Shown in pieces: positions 1-12,762 of a DNA stretch of 64,000 nucleotides. Positions within the stretch are counted from its first letter, which is position 1. Each line of letters starts with the position of its first letter. Made by a program: the position numbers and the translations under genes. Source of the DNA: Felis catus (taxonomy: Eukaryota); assembly GCF_018350175.1 (NCBI RefSeq), contig NC_058368.1, positions 77,564,001 through 77,628,000 on the forward strand, in the 5' to 3' direction. The notes under the pieces are model-generated. The model worked only from the letters and a program-made list of their open reading frames with translations. It was not told the DNA's origin and did not search any database.

Positions 1-92
1 GGGTAGAATACACTCACTTCGAGGGAGGATCAGTTTTCTTGATTAGTTTGATTCCTTTGGATTATGTTTACATGATTCTCTCTCTCTTTTTC

Positions 93-297
93 AAAAAAAA
101 AAAAATGTTTATTTATCTTAGAGAGAGTGAGCACAAGTGAGGGAGGGGTGGAGAGAGAGGGAGAGAGAGACAATCCCAAGCAGGCTCCGTGCTGTCAGCG
201 CACAGCCCAATGTAGGGCTCGATCCCACCACCCTGCGATCATGGCCTGAGCAGAAATCAAGAGTCGGATGCTTAACCAACTGAGTCACCAGGTGCCC
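93..297 (-). mobile_element. Can-SINE (tRNA-derived)
   Basis: Reverse GGGCACCTGG head, (GA)n, A/T tail. Confidence 0.9.
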
Positions 298-399
298 TAC
301 ATAATTTTCTTTTTATTTAAAGAAAAAGCTGTTGGAGCTATAATGGCAGACATTCAATCTGATCACAGAAAATTAAGCAAGCTTCAGTCTTGGACCCCC

Positions 400-925
400 A
401 TTGTGCTTCCTCAATCTCTGCTGCAGGAGAAGATAGTCCATTCACCCTTGAGCCGCTGAGAGAATTAGGATTCTTTAACCCAAATAGAATGGTTTTATGT
501 CCAACGGCCAAGAAGAAATCTTCATTCACTTTATACTAATATTTTCAGGGGACACATAAACTTGCTATGATTAATGATTGTAGGCAGTTAATTACTTAGA
601 AGTGATATATTACACTGTAACCTACGATGAAATTTATAACTATCATTAATGATATTGTGATTGTCTTCTAAGACACAGTTGGTATTATGAAATATGTCAT
701 CTTGCATTCTTGGTATAACAGTAATGTGGGGGGTAATAAATACAGTAATTGTGCTGCTAATGCCATTGCTTTTCTACATTATGTGTTGCCTGGGGAAGCA
801 CTGGGAATACCACTAGATTTCCGCAACCCATTTCCTCGATTTTTTCCTCTCCCTTTTAGCTATGCTCTCCTTTACCGTATTCCTTTAGGGTCCATAACAA
901 TCATAACTAAAACTTTAAAAAGGAA
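400..925 (-). pseudogene. Candidate terminal exon containing NHSIWVKES*FSQRL
   Basis: atttctcag acceptor at 926; motif at 450-494 resembles the TOP6BL C-terminal EDVLWLQEVSNLSEWL. Confidence 0.4.
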
Positions 926-1214
926 CTGAGAAATATTTGTAGCAATATGAAAGGTTACCACTAATTTCCCATGAATCATAAACAAGGAGACACTCTAAGT
1001 TTCCAAAAATTAATGGACATGAAATGATTATTTGAGGCAAGGGAAATAGAGGCACCCGGTCATTCGATGATTGAGAAAATATTCAACCTTCATTGCTTTT
1101 AAACTGAATCTAAGTGTTCTCTTTCTCCCCAACAGAAAGTTACAAAAATTAACAAATCCCACCGCAGTATTGGTGCAACCAGCACTCTTGAGACATGGCG
1201 GGTGAACGTCACCG

Positions 1215-1395
1215 GGTATGCTCTTTGGGAAAGTGATTTGCAATACATGTTAGGGAATTTTTAATGCGCAAACCTTTGATCTGCTAGCTCTACTTTTGGA
1301 AATCTTTCCTAAAAAAAATCAATCCCAAATCTGAAAACTATTTATTAACTAACAGATTTATTGCAAAATTACTTACATGAGCAAAAAAGTGGGCT
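1215..1395 (+). mobile_element. Old L1M fragment (ORF2 3' region)
   Basis: Diverged ctttgggaaagtgatttgcaata...cctttgatctgc...tttattgcaaaatta motif. Confidence 0.5.
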
Positions 1396-2297
1396 GCCAG
1401 AGCAGGGATGCCCCGTAAACTTTTTCCCAAGCCAATCCCCACTCCTTCCTTCCTCTCTCTTCCTGAGTCACCTGCCTCTTCAGACTTGAATTCTGCCATA
1501 TCTGGCCATTTTTTAATTCTCATAAATAGTTTGAGGTGCTGACTTTATTTGACATCTAATTCAATTTAAGGCAGTTAGGCTACAGACCAAATATGTCCTG
1601 TCTTTTTGTGTATCTCTTACAACAGCATGGCTCTGATCGAAATGTGTCTATTACTTAACTCTCCTCTGCACTATCCAGGGAGTTCACTGTGGTTGAGTTA
1701 CCGTCTTATTCACTGCTGCATCTGCGTAAACCATCAGTTTCACCAACAGGCTGATGAGTGAACGAACAGCACGGGCATGAGCAAGAGAAGCTCTTCGTTC
1801 AGTAAAATGCTTTCTCTGTATACAGAGACGGTTAGCAACCACAGACCAGAGCAAAGTGGTCTCCAGGATGATGGTTCTCCTCGCATCTGGAGTTTTGGAC
1901 CACTTGAGTTACGTCCAGAGATGCTCCTGCTTCGAAATGCCAAAGACCATGATCGCTCTCACTGCACATTACTCAGAGCTCTGCAAAGAAGACTCGGACG
2001 TTGCCAAGAGAAGGCAGGGTTGATATGATTCGGGAAAGTGTGAGCTGACACTGAATGAACTGGCGTCCCCCTGCTAAGAGGCCAGAGCACGCAGGCCTGT
2101 GCTAAGAGCAGCCGCAGGGATGGTGCCTCTGGAGAACGTACTCACTTAGGGGACGGCGGTGCTTGACCTTAGCATGGAGGCTGGTGCTCAGCGTGAAGAA
2201 TCAGCACATGTTTTGTGACTACTTCGAATTCTGAGTCTCTCTTAACATTTCCTTCGCCAGGGCTGTCATACAGCCGGGACGTATGGTATATTTCTTC

Positions 2298-2518
2298 AAA
2301 AAAATTTTTTTGTTTAATGTTTATTTTTGAGACAGAGAGAGACAGAGCATGAGCAGGGGAGGGGCAGAGAGAGGGGGAGACACAGAATCTGAAGCGGGCT
2401 CCAGGCTCCGAGCTGCCAGCAGAGCCCGACGTGGGGCTTGAACTCACAGACTGTGAGATCATGACCTGAGTCTAAATCAAGAGCACCTGCTCAACCGACT
2501 GAGCCACCCAGGTGCCCC
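2298..2518 (-). mobile_element. Can-SINE (felid type)
   Basis: Full-length consensus-like sequence. Confidence 0.95.
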
Positions 2519-3073
2519 CAGTGCTTGCCTCTCAAAAACACACCATTTATGTAATGGATTAGGTTAGCATGTGGCTCAAGTTCAGCCTCACGTTCATTGT
2601 GGTGAAGTGGTTCTCTTTTACCATTTTATTCATTCCCTGAGTTTTACAGGAGAGAGGATTCCTCTCAGGGAAGCATGAAGAGCCATTTTATTTCTTTACT
2701 TTAAAAGCAGCATGCCCTGCGAGATTAGCTCCGACATCCCAGATGTCAATCCGCATGGTGCTTAGAGTCAGGGGCTATAAGCAAGGTGGGATGCATTTGC
2801 AGGGCTAGGCGTTTTAGTGGTGTTTTGAGCGTGTTTTGTGTCTGTGTCTGCTTTGCTTTCAATGTCTTAGTATTTCAGGTATTGAGGTGTGATTTCTCCT
2901 ATCACACTGAGAAAAAAAAAACAAAACATTTTCTTTTCTTCTCACCAGTGATGTTTCTTTATATCAAAGTATCACCATGAGTTTCATTTCATCAAGTGTA
3001 AAGGAAACAGGTAGCTCTCCTGACAGAGAATAACACAGAAATAATGACACCCAAATAGCCCTGATTCTCCTTT

Positions 3074-3297
3074 AAAAAAATTTTTTTAATGTTTATTTAT
3101 TTTTGAGAGAGAGAAAGACAGATCACAAGCAGGGGAGGGAGGGGCAGAGAGAGAGAGGGAGACACAGAATCCAAAGCAGGCTCCAGGCTCTGAGCTGTCA
3201 GCACAGAGCCTAATGCGGGGCTCGAACTCACGAACAAGGAGATCATGACCTGAGCGGAAGTCAGATGCTCAAAAGACTGAGCCACCCAGGCACCCCC
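3074..3297 (-). mobile_element. Can-SINE (felid type)
   Basis: Full length; degenerate TSD around gccctgat. Confidence 0.95.
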
Positions 3298-3468
3298 AAA
3301 TGCCCTGATCCTCTTCTTAGGTGAAATATGTAAATACATCCGTCCCCTCCATCATAAGACACAATGGAGAAAACAACACAAATGGAGAAAATAACACAAA
3401 GGATAAAAAAAAAAAAAAAAGGTTTCAATCTGATAAGAAACAATTCGGAGCCAGCCAAATATCCTGAC

Positions 3469-3563
3469 GCTTTTTTTTTCTACTAAATGAGATGATTCTT
3501 TTCAGCTGTTCCCATCTCCACTATCAGTACTGTTTGTGTTCTGTTTGCTTGGAGGTACTTCAT
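3469..3563 (-). pseudogene. Candidate exon remnant, EVPPSKQNTNSTDSGDGNS*KESSHLVEKK
   Basis: attgtag acceptor and gtcagg donor; coding-like frame with one stop. Confidence 0.35.
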
Positions 3564-4073
3564 CTACAATCTAAGTGAAAAAAGAAGCTGTAAACGAGGC
3601 CCAGCACTGACAGAGAATTCCTGGTACCTCCCAGCACGCTGCGTTAAAAGATAAACCTGTTTACCATCCAAGTTTAAACTGTAATAGGAAATGTATGTCA
3701 ATTTCAAAGAGTCCTCCAAAAAGGGAAATGCGTGATGCGGCTTCTTTAATCTGAAAACTGTCAGATCTTAAAACATGTATCTCAGAACGTATAAACTTCC
3801 TAATTAATAAAACATCTATTTATTTGGTATTCATCGGGTTTACTGGCTTAGAAAGGAACACTGCAGCACAGTAGTCAAAAAGGAGTTTTCTTTAGCTTGA
3901 ACTATATTTTATTGTGTATCAAATAACGTGGCAATCTTTGAGCAAATTCATCGCAACTCAGTTTCCCAAAAAGTGATCCAGAGGGAAAAAAAAATTCAAA
4001 TGGCAGACTTCTGATTTTAAGGTGGCAAAATTCCAACTTTTTTTTATTACTTGTTTTTCATTGTCAAAGCATC

Positions 4074-4187
4074 TTTTTCTTAACTTTATTGTTTAATTTA
4101 CATCCAAATTAGCATATTGTGCAATAGCGAAGGAAACAATCCGCAAAACTAAAAGGCAACCGACGGAATGGGAGAAGATATTTCCAA
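4074..4187. mobile_element. Tiny 5'-inverted L1 insertion
   Basis: Minus-strand felid L1 3' end (4074-4126) joined to a plus-strand ORF2 piece AKETIRKTKRQPTEWEKIF (4127-4187). Confidence 0.7.
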
Positions 4188-4240
4188 CATTTGTCACAGT
4201 GCTCTCTGTACTTAGAAATCATTAAAAATAAAATCAAGGA

Positions 4241-4467
4241 GGGGCGCCTGGGTGGCTGAGTCGGTTAAGTGTCTGACTCTTGGTTTCCGCTCAGGTCACG
4301 ATTTAGCAGTTTTGCGGGTTTGAGTCCCTCGGAGGCCTCTGCTCTGACAGCACGGAGCCTACTTGGGGTTCTTTCTCTCTCCCTCCCGCTCTCTCTCTGC
4401 CTCTCCCCAACGCATGCTGCCTCTGTCTCTCTCAAAATAAATAAATAAACTTAAAAAAAATTAAAAA
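4241..4467 (+). mobile_element. Can-SINE
   Basis: GGGGCGCCTGGGTGGCT head; TSD atcaagga. Confidence 0.95.
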
Positions 4468-4719
4468 TATGTAAGATCAAGGAGAATCAGAGCAGAAATA
4501 CAAACTTCAGCTTCTGTGAAACTCAGAGACACCTAACACCCACAATCATAATCCATAAAAACCAAAATGCAGAAGAGTGATAACTGACCTGGTGGGGAAA
4601 GCCCTCAGGTGCCCCGCTGGGCTGGTGATTCAGCTCAGAGAACTCTGGAATGACTCCAAAATCCCCACCCACCAGTCAGAGATTATCCCGTCAGCACTTT
4701 ACGTGCCTCACGCCTAATC

Positions 4720-5340
4720 ATGGAAAAGAAAAAAAAAAGCTAAAAAAGAAAGTATCATAAGATAGTTCAGAAAAGCTCCTTACCTAAAAAGACTGGAACC
4801 AAAACAAATCAGAAGGGAAAACTCAGGGAAATTATCATAATACTGAGAGCAGAAGAAAGTGCCACCACTGCAAAAATTATATTCTAGAAATAAAAGAAAA
4901 AAAAAACTGCATTCATGATAAATGGACTGAGTGCTATAAAGAGAAACAGAGAACAAAGACCTCTTAGAAATGTAACATATAATAGCTGAACTAACAACAA
5001 AAACAAAATAATACAACGCTTACAGGATAAGTTTAGGAAATCTCCAGAAAGTAACAAAGAAAACAATGGCAGAAGGGAGACAGAGAAATGGCCACGAGCA
5101 GGATCTAGAACAGGCATTATAGGAGCGATGAATGAAGACCCCCCCCCCCAAAAAAAAGAGAACACAAATAAGGGATAAGATTGTCTTAAAAAAGTAATGT
5201 AAACGTATTTTCCAGCACTTAAGTCTTGAGTTTCCAGATGGAAAAGACTAATCATAAGCACAACCTCAATTAGCCCTAAAAGAAAATTAGAGCAACGAAA
5301 GGAAAAAGTAGAACACCTGTGAGTCACCTGAGATTATTCA
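4720..5340 (+). mobile_element. Old L1M fragment (ORF1 region)
   Basis: A-rich strand with gacctcttagaaatg..tataatagctgaa motif. Confidence 0.5.
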
Positions 5341-5699
5341 TAATTTACTGAGTCGGAACGTCTTCTAAACAACTCTCAGAGCTGCTCCCCTTCTCTTGAG
5401 TCCCACTGTCATTCCCCAGTAAGGGTCCTCCTTCTTGCTGACCTAGAACATTCTGGCTGCTTTCTAATGAAGTGGCCTCCTGGAATCCACTTTCCTCAGG
5501 ATGGTCTGAATAATCTAGAAGTGCAAATCCTTCCATCTCCGCACTGCCCCAGGATCCTGGATTAGTTCCTGAAGGAGAGTCTGGATGATGTGCCCAGACT
5601 TGGTGCTTTTAGCTTTCTTTCACACCCCTCCTAGAATTCCCTTTCTCTCTGCCTAGTTATACCCTCAGCTTCACTCCGCAGCAAGACTGGATTCCCAGT

Positions 5700-6033
5700 A
5701 GGTCCCACGTGAAATCGTTTTTTTTTTTTCTTTCCTACCCAAATCCCTTGGCACAGGATCTCCCGCTCTCCCCCTGCACCAGGTCTTTTCCTAATTATCC
5801 CAGCTTCAATAACATTGTCTTCTGAGCACCTCCTCCCTGCCCAGGCTAGGTGAGGACACTGAACTTACCCCAGGTGGTTCTTAGTATCTGTTCCTGTGTT
5901 TATATTTTCCAATAACCTGCCTACCCCTGAAGGAATCTCTTCATTTTCTATTAACATCTCCAGTACATAGCACCATGCAAAATACTTAGTGGTCACTCAA
6001 AAATATCCGTGGATTTAAGAAACAAACAAATGA
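5700..6033 (+). mobile_element. L2 3' fragment
   Basis: atctccagtacatagcac...cactcaaaaatat 3' end motif. Confidence 0.55.
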
Positions 6034-6778
6034 GAGAAAGGCCATGTAATTCATATAATGGAATCAAAGCAATACAATTACCAAGTGGTGGAGAAGGGTA
6101 ACTGTGCGGTCTGAAAATACTTCTGTCGTGTTCCTTCATTTCTCCGCCACAGTGTCACCACAAATAACTCTTGATGTGGCTATTCCCCGGAGGGCCACAC
6201 ACTCCCCCACAATTAATGGGGCCCTTCCACGAGAATTCCCTGCCCTCACCTTAAACTCAACTTGACCTACCCTAAAAATAAGACCTTTGCCTTCAGATTG
6301 GGCTCTTTTCTCAATACCCTTTCTGCATATCAAAATAGAAAATGTGAAAGACCTGAGGAATTTCCCCGCTTCTCATTGGTACAGTTCTTCAGTAAGAAGT
6401 TCTTCATGATTTCTTAAAAGTATGTCTCAGGAAAAAATATCTATCTATCTATACATCTGTTTCTATCTCTATTATCTCTATCATCTCCACCCCTACCCTT
6501 ACCCCTACCCCTACCTCTATCTCTGTCTCTAGATCTGTCTCAGGTTTACCCCGCTTCACGAGTCTCCCTCTAGAGCTCGTTTTCTGCAGCATCTGTTGCA
6601 AACTCCTTCACCTGTCCTGACTCTGACACTGACCTTGGAACTGACTCTGCTACCAACAAATTTGCTTCACTAAAACACTGGTTTCCACTGAGCAGTTCTG
6701 ATACTTAGAAGCTTGTGATGTTTTGGGCTGCATGCATCGTTTCCTCTGTGTGACTTGAAAAGCTTTCTACAACCTTAC

Positions 6779-7126
6779 CTCGACCGCCTTCTCTTGGTAA
6801 CTTACTTTTGTCACATAATGTGAAACAGAACACTGCAAGCAACTTCACGTCGGCATTGAGCGAATGGGATTCTAATGTACTTTGTTTTTCAGATTTACTT
6901 TTGAATAAGTGTTTTCTATTTTAGATACTGAATTTTGGTTCTTCCGGGTCCTCCACACTTATCAAAAGTTAACTGAAAAATGTTCCAGCTCTTTCCTACA
7001 TTCGGCTTGAGTCTCTAGTTTTGTTCCAAGTTATTTTTTTTTTTAAGTCTACCGCATCTCTCTTTTCTTAAAATTATTTTGGCTTTCGGCTTTTCTTCCC
7101 AAAGTGGTAGAAATGAGCATATTCTA
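6779..7126 (-). pseudogene. Candidate exon remnant, K/E/N/S-rich with stops
   Basis: ttccatttcatcag acceptor after a 74-bp intron; gag/gtaagg donor. Confidence 0.45.
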
Positions 7127-7200
7127 CTGATGAAATGGAAGTTAAAACGCCTTAAAATCTTACAACTCAAGTTGTAGTTCTCTTCCTTTTAGAAACTTAC

Positions 7201-7273
7201 TTGATTCGCATTTCACTGATTTATTTGCGACTGATGACCTCATTTCACATCCTCCGTTGCCAGAGAATAATAC
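7201..7273 (-). pseudogene. Candidate exon remnant, VLFSGNGGCEMRSSVANKSVKCES
   Basis: atttag acceptor and gtaagt donor; one open frame. Confidence 0.45.
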
Positions 7274-7737
7274 CTAAATCTTTAAGGAATCATTGCAACT
7301 ATAACAATAAGAGAGAAGTGGGGAAGACTGAAACATCTACAAAAGTAAAACCCGTAAGTTTTCATTTTATTTTTAGAAATGTAAATGAAAGCTATTTTCT
7401 ACAAAGACAGAAAAGATTATGTGATAGAAATGGAACTTATCTAACATTATAGCTGGAACATTAGTACTCAAGACTCTAATTCTGATTTTGCAAAGAGACA
7501 AATACTTAGTCTTACATTTATTTTTTTATCATCTTTGTCAAAACTTGTTCGGCAAAATTAAAGATTCGAAAGGAGAGTGTGGTTGGAGATAAGCTAATAG
7601 TCAAAATAACAATATAACTACTTTCTAGAGTTAGCTAAGTTAAGCCATGCCTAAAATCCTTCATCGAGACAGGAATACTAGCCTACTGAAGTACATATGT
7701 TCATGCATTTCCAATAAATATTAAAGAACAGACGTAC

Positions 7738-7772
7738 CTGGATGACAATCATTGGTTTTTAACAAAACCATT
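7738..7772 (-). pseudogene. Candidate 35-bp exon remnant, MVLLKTNDCHP
   Basis: ttctag acceptor and cag/gtacgt donor. Confidence 0.35.
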
Positions 7773-8416
7773 CTAGAATCCCAGTAAGAAAAAGACTTGA
7801 GTTTTGTCCATTTTTTCTCTGACATTGATAACAATCTTTTACATATGTGAGATGTAAGCAAACTAGAGATTTGAAAACAACGTGAATTCCTAGGAATAAT
7901 CTTTAGGTTCGAAATGAAGACAGCTACTAAACTCTGTACTCAAAAACATGAAGTGTAATCTTAATTTGGACAAGGTAAGTAGTAATATCATGTCCAGAAC
8001 AGACTGGATTTCTAGTTTGGTTGAAATCTTATTAATATTAAGAGTACATTCTAGAGTATTAATTATATGAAATAGTATGTTGTATATGCATATTGATAAC
8101 ACGCACAGGATAGCATAGAAAACAGGAAATAATGAATCCGTTTGGGGGCCCTTAACCAGCAATTACATTAAACCACAATCTGCCCACCATAAAGAGGATC
8201 TGGAATAACTGAGACAAAACAAAGGCATAAAATTTAGGTAAAATACAGCATCAAAATATTAACGTTAGAATTTTTTTAAACCAAAACTCATAGAAATTCT
8301 TCAAGGTAGTAACAACTAACAAAAGAGTTCAATACAGCATGAAAGAGCTGAATTTCTGGAATGAAATGTGTTTCAAAAGTATGCAAAATCCAATACCACA
8401 AGTTAATAGAACTGAC

Positions 8417-8498
8417 ATAAGGAACAAGCACTGAAGATTCTAGTACTTTCTTGTTATTGTTCTTTGTAAGAGGCAAGAGACATGATGAGGGGATAAGA
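8417..8498 (-). pseudogene. Candidate exon remnant, LIPSSCLLPLTKNNNKKVLESSVLVPY
   Basis: Pyrimidine tract ending gcacag and gtcagt donor. Confidence 0.35.
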
Positions 8499-8612
8499 CT
8501 GTGCATAAGAATTGCGCCAGGAAAAAAAGTAAAGGAAGCAAATAGCTTTTTTTCCTATTAACTTTCATTTCATTTCATGAGGCAAATGTTTACATACTAA
8601 GGATTTATTTAC

Positions 8613-8706
8613 GAACGCCAGTTTTCTGACAACATATGTGAACATCACTGTCGATTACCACATAATAAGCAAGCCTGTTTTTAGTTTTTCTCCCTCCTAT
8701 TGTCAA
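8613..8706 (-). pseudogene. Candidate exon remnant
   Basis: aatttttcag acceptor and gtaaat donor. Confidence 0.3.
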
Positions 8707-9029
8707 CTGAAAAATTCGTGCTTTAAAGAAGCAAAAGTTAGAATTCATATTTGTATGTTTCTTTTTGCACAGAACCTGTCACTGCTTTACAAAGTTTCTG
8801 TAAGTTACTGAGTAGCTGAAACCGTGCAAATTGCAAAAACCTGAATTTATTCTACATCGAACCACAGTCTATCACTTTTTCAAACCTAAGAAAACTCTCT
8901 GAGGAGAAAGGCATGTTTATAAAGTACAGCTGTCGAATGGAAATTCAGATTCATACAGACAAAAATGTCTACATGCTTGGGGCAGGGGATGGTAACAGGG
9001 TCTCAGGTGTACTGAGGTGGGACTAAAAA

Positions 9030-9440
9030 GTGGGGTCTCTCTTGAAGCACAAATTGGAAATGATTATGAACATTTTAAATGCTCACCCCCTTGGACTTAA
9101 CAATTACACGACTGGTGATTTTCCCGGTTGATGTTCTTACACATGGAAGCAAAGACTGGGCACAAAGGTGCTCGTGGCTACACTGTTTACACAGGAAAAA
9201 ATATGGGAACAAACCAAAGTTCACTACGCAAGATTCATAAAATGATGATGGGAAGGAATTGATCTATACGAATTACAAACAGAACACTGTCCGCTTGGTG
9301 CTGTTAAATTACACAAGCAAGCGCCTGTGTGTATAGCCGCTCCCATTTGTAGGTACATTTCTAAATGAATGTACACTTATTTCTAAGACACATTCATCTA
9401 CACATGCTCCTACACAGACTCACATTTGTCTGGGAGAAAG
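9030..9440 (+). mobile_element. Old L1ME fragment
   Basis: Diverged ORF2 end and 3' UTR motifs. Confidence 0.5.
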
Positions 9441-9559
9441 AGATTAAGCAGCAGAGTTCAGGAGCTTAGTTTGCTAAACCACCCAAAATGGAACAGCTTA
9501 ACAAGGTGCTTGATGACAGAGACAGGGTATTGATCAGTATCGACTGAGAGATGTGAAAG

Positions 9560-9920
9560 GCAAAGTGGCGAGGTATAAGGCAGGCAGGATCTACACAAAT
9601 GGCCTCCTCAAAAAGACCAACAGGTTCAGTGTTAAAATGATGAGTCACAAGAGAATATTGAACTGACTGATGAACATTGAACAGGACGCTACGATGGTTG
9701 GAGTTACATATTGGAAGGTCACTCTGCCAGGAGCATAAAGATGGGGTTCAAGGCAAGACCAACATGGGAAGATTAATCACATGGCAACTGCAGTATCTCA
9801 TGGAGAGGTGATGAGGGCCAGGCACCTGCAGCTAGGCTGGGAAGGATGGAACGGATAAGGAAAAAATTAAAGGGGTATACTTGATGAAAATTGGTCATTG
9901 GTTACATGGGAGGAGAAAGT
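9560..9920 (-). mobile_element. L2 fragment
   Basis: gaaggtcactctg...actgcagtatctcatggagaggtgatgagggcc motif. Confidence 0.55.
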
Positions 9921-10618
9921 GTGATATGTCATGCCTTGTTCTTAAAGGTGTATAAATAAAATAATATAGAATAGTAAATAATAAATATTGATTCATTAAA
10001 CCCTCGAAACATCTATATAAGGTAGGTTCTAGTACAATCGTCCTCCTCGTACAGATGACAAATAGAATTGCTAGACTGAAGTAACCGGCCTAGGGGCCTG
10101 CGGTCAGTACATGGTGGTCCCAGAATTAGCAACTAAGGTGACTTCAGGCCACTGTGTGGGCATTTCCTCCCCCCCGCCCTCCACCCTGCACTCTGCCCTC
10201 ACGCTCACCTGAGGACTCTGAACTGCCCAGATGATGCCAGGATTCCAATGTGGTTGAATGGTGAAAAGAACCACCACCAGTCTGATGCTAGAGAGGGAGA
10301 AGCTGGATTGAATGGACAGACCAGGAGGCCAATTTAAAAAGTTTACATTTAAATTGTCTGTGATGCATCCAAGTTGGGACATTTAGCAGGAACTTAGAGA
10401 AGAGAACAGGGCTCTAGATATAAACTTCAAACCTCCTTGGCGAACATAAGGGACACGAAGACACGGGCACAGAAGTGGTTTGCCAGGAAAGAAAATCCCA
10501 GGACTTTTGGCTTGTTGTGTGTAATGCTACGCACATATTTGTCCAGGACGAGTCTTTTAAATATGTGCATTTGAGATAAACACTGACTGGCAGTAGGAAG
10601 CTATGGCTGTTTTAGTCC

Positions 10619-10820
10619 TTTATTTATTTTGAGAGAGACAGAGAGAGAGCGTGTGCACGCGCGCGGGGGTGGGGCAGAGAGGGAGAGAGAGAATCCCAAG
10701 CAGGATCTGTGCTGTCAGCACAGAGCCCATCGTGGGACTTGAACTCACGCACCGTGAGATCACGACCTGAGCCGAAATCGAGAGCCAGACGCCCACAGAC
10801 TGAGCCACGCGGGTGCCCCC
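10619..10820 (-). mobile_element. Can-SINE
   Basis: Full length; TSD core tt(t/c)agtccttt. Confidence 0.9.
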
Positions 10821-11338
10821 ATTTCAGTCCTTTAAAGTAAATCTGAAAACTTTACAGTCAAGAAGAAAAACATCCCATCAACGACCTTCCCTTTGGAAGT
10901 TTTCCCGAGAATTCTTACTATCCACCAAAGATACCCACTCCCCCCCCCAAAAAAACCCAAACAATCAAACAAAATTATTTATTTACCTTTTCCTGACCCA
11001 CCCTCCTGCTGTCAAAGAAACCACAATATCAAATGGGCACCTTCCAGATCCTTGAGGCGTTTTCCTGCTTCCCCACACTGACTTCATTTTTACTGAGAAT
11101 GAAGTCAAGGGACCGAAACAGAATTCAACTATTAATCATTCAGGGTCTGAGATGGATAATAAATAATCAGCACTACCATCCAAATCTTGCAATAATCAAG
11201 ACTTATTTCTACAAGCCTTTCATAACTAATAAATACATGTTTAATGTTGCAAGAATCATAATTCCTTTGAGCAAGGAACCGTGGCTTTGTGAACATTTAC
11301 TAAATTCTGTGTCCTGAGCTGCGACAGGACAAGCTTAC

Positions 11339-11454
11339 CCATGTGGTCGCCTTCATTGGTTTCAAGTTTTCACCTTACAAGAAGTTACGTTGTGTATTCA
11401 CTCAAGTGCCTTCTGGCTATGAACCTCTGTGAGCTTTTACTGATGACACGGTCT
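11339..11454 (-). pseudogene. Candidate exon remnant
   Basis: tttcctatag acceptor and gtaagc donor; stops in all three frames. Confidence 0.4.
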
Positions 11455-12160
11455 CTATAGGAAATGCTACATCTTTCAGAATATTACTTTCTGCCAATAA
11501 TCATAAAAATATTTCTATGACTTCATAGGATACAGATGTTTAAAATTTGGAGGAATTTATCATATTATTGCACGCTGGATTTTAAGATAAATAGCAAAAG
11601 ATAAAACGGATGAAGCAAGTCTACCGGCCATTTATTCCAAAGATTGGCACATGTTTTTATTTTTGTTGAAAATGTATTCATTTTACTTTTTCCATCAATA
11701 CCAAACATTCTTTCTAATTATGGGCCTTTAAATTTGAAAAGTGGAGTTTCCGAGATAAATTAATGAGTTGAAGGGAACAGGCTGGCTAAAAGAACAGAAC
11801 AAGCAATTTTATTTTTCTGAATATTGAGACAAAAATATGAGAACATTGCAAGTGATTGATAATGAGTATTAATCATTTTCCCTGTAGTTTGGGCAATTTT
11901 CACTGCTAGAAGAACATCTCGAACTGCACTGGAAACATTAACTTTGCTTTGTGAGTTGAAGAAAAAGCTACACTTAGCAAGTTTATTCCAAGTGTTTAAA
12001 TGCTGATTTCAGGAATAATTAGAGAGATGACTTTCTGAGGATCAGGACATTCGCCAACTTTTTCTCTCTGGAAAAGCAGTCCGTTCCATTTTCAGACCAA
12101 CTCTAAATGGTGCAAACGTTGTCCTTGTCTGGAACTGAACTCTGGTTTCCAGTAATTTCT

Positions 12161-12262
12161 TTTCTTTTCTTTTCTTTTCTTTTCTTTTCTTTTTCTTTTC
12201 TTTTCTTTTCTTTTCTTTTCTTTTCTCTTTTCTCTTTTCTTTTCTTTTTTTAATTTATTTTT

Positions 12263-12309
<47 letters not shown>

Positions 12310-12465
12310 CACACATGGGGGAGGGGCAGAGAGAGAGGGAGACACAGAATTGGAAGCAGGCTCCAGGCTCCGGGCTATCAGCACAGAGCCTGACTCAGGG
12401 CTCGAACCCGTGAACCTCAAGAACACGACCTGAGCTGAAGTCAGACGTGTTAACCGAGGCGCCCC
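12161..12465 (-). mobile_element. Can-SINE with (TTTTC)n-expanded tail and (GA)n
   Basis: Perfect 13-bp TSD tccagtaatttct at 12148-12160 and 12466-12478. Confidence 0.95.
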
Positions 12466-12717
12466 TCCAGTAATTTCTGTGAGCTCTTCCTGGTCCTACA
12501 TCTGTAACAACACAGACTTTGTCCACGATTTAACATACACCATTTTGGGTGTTTCCACAGCCTTTCTGCCTGTGAATACTTTTTAAATTATGCTTCCTGC
12601 CAATTTCCCTGTTTACAGTGTGACTTCCAAAACTTAAAAACTATCTTTCTGACATATTCAATCAATTCAGGTGGAGTGAAAGTTTTGCCTTCTTTTCTCC
12701 AGCAATAGAGTCTAATA

Positions 12718-12718
<1 letters not shown>

Positions 12719-12760
<42 letters not shown>

Positions 12761-12762
12761 TA
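12719..12762. repeat. (TTA)n microsatellite
   Basis: Direct reading. Confidence 0.95.

Noticed and set aside
7264..7353. Plus-strand 90-bp cag..gtaagt segment (and a similar one at about 7907-7974)
   Set aside because: No recognisable product, the second has an early stop in the joining frame, and surrounding signals favour the minus strand; an antisense lncRNA cannot be excluded.
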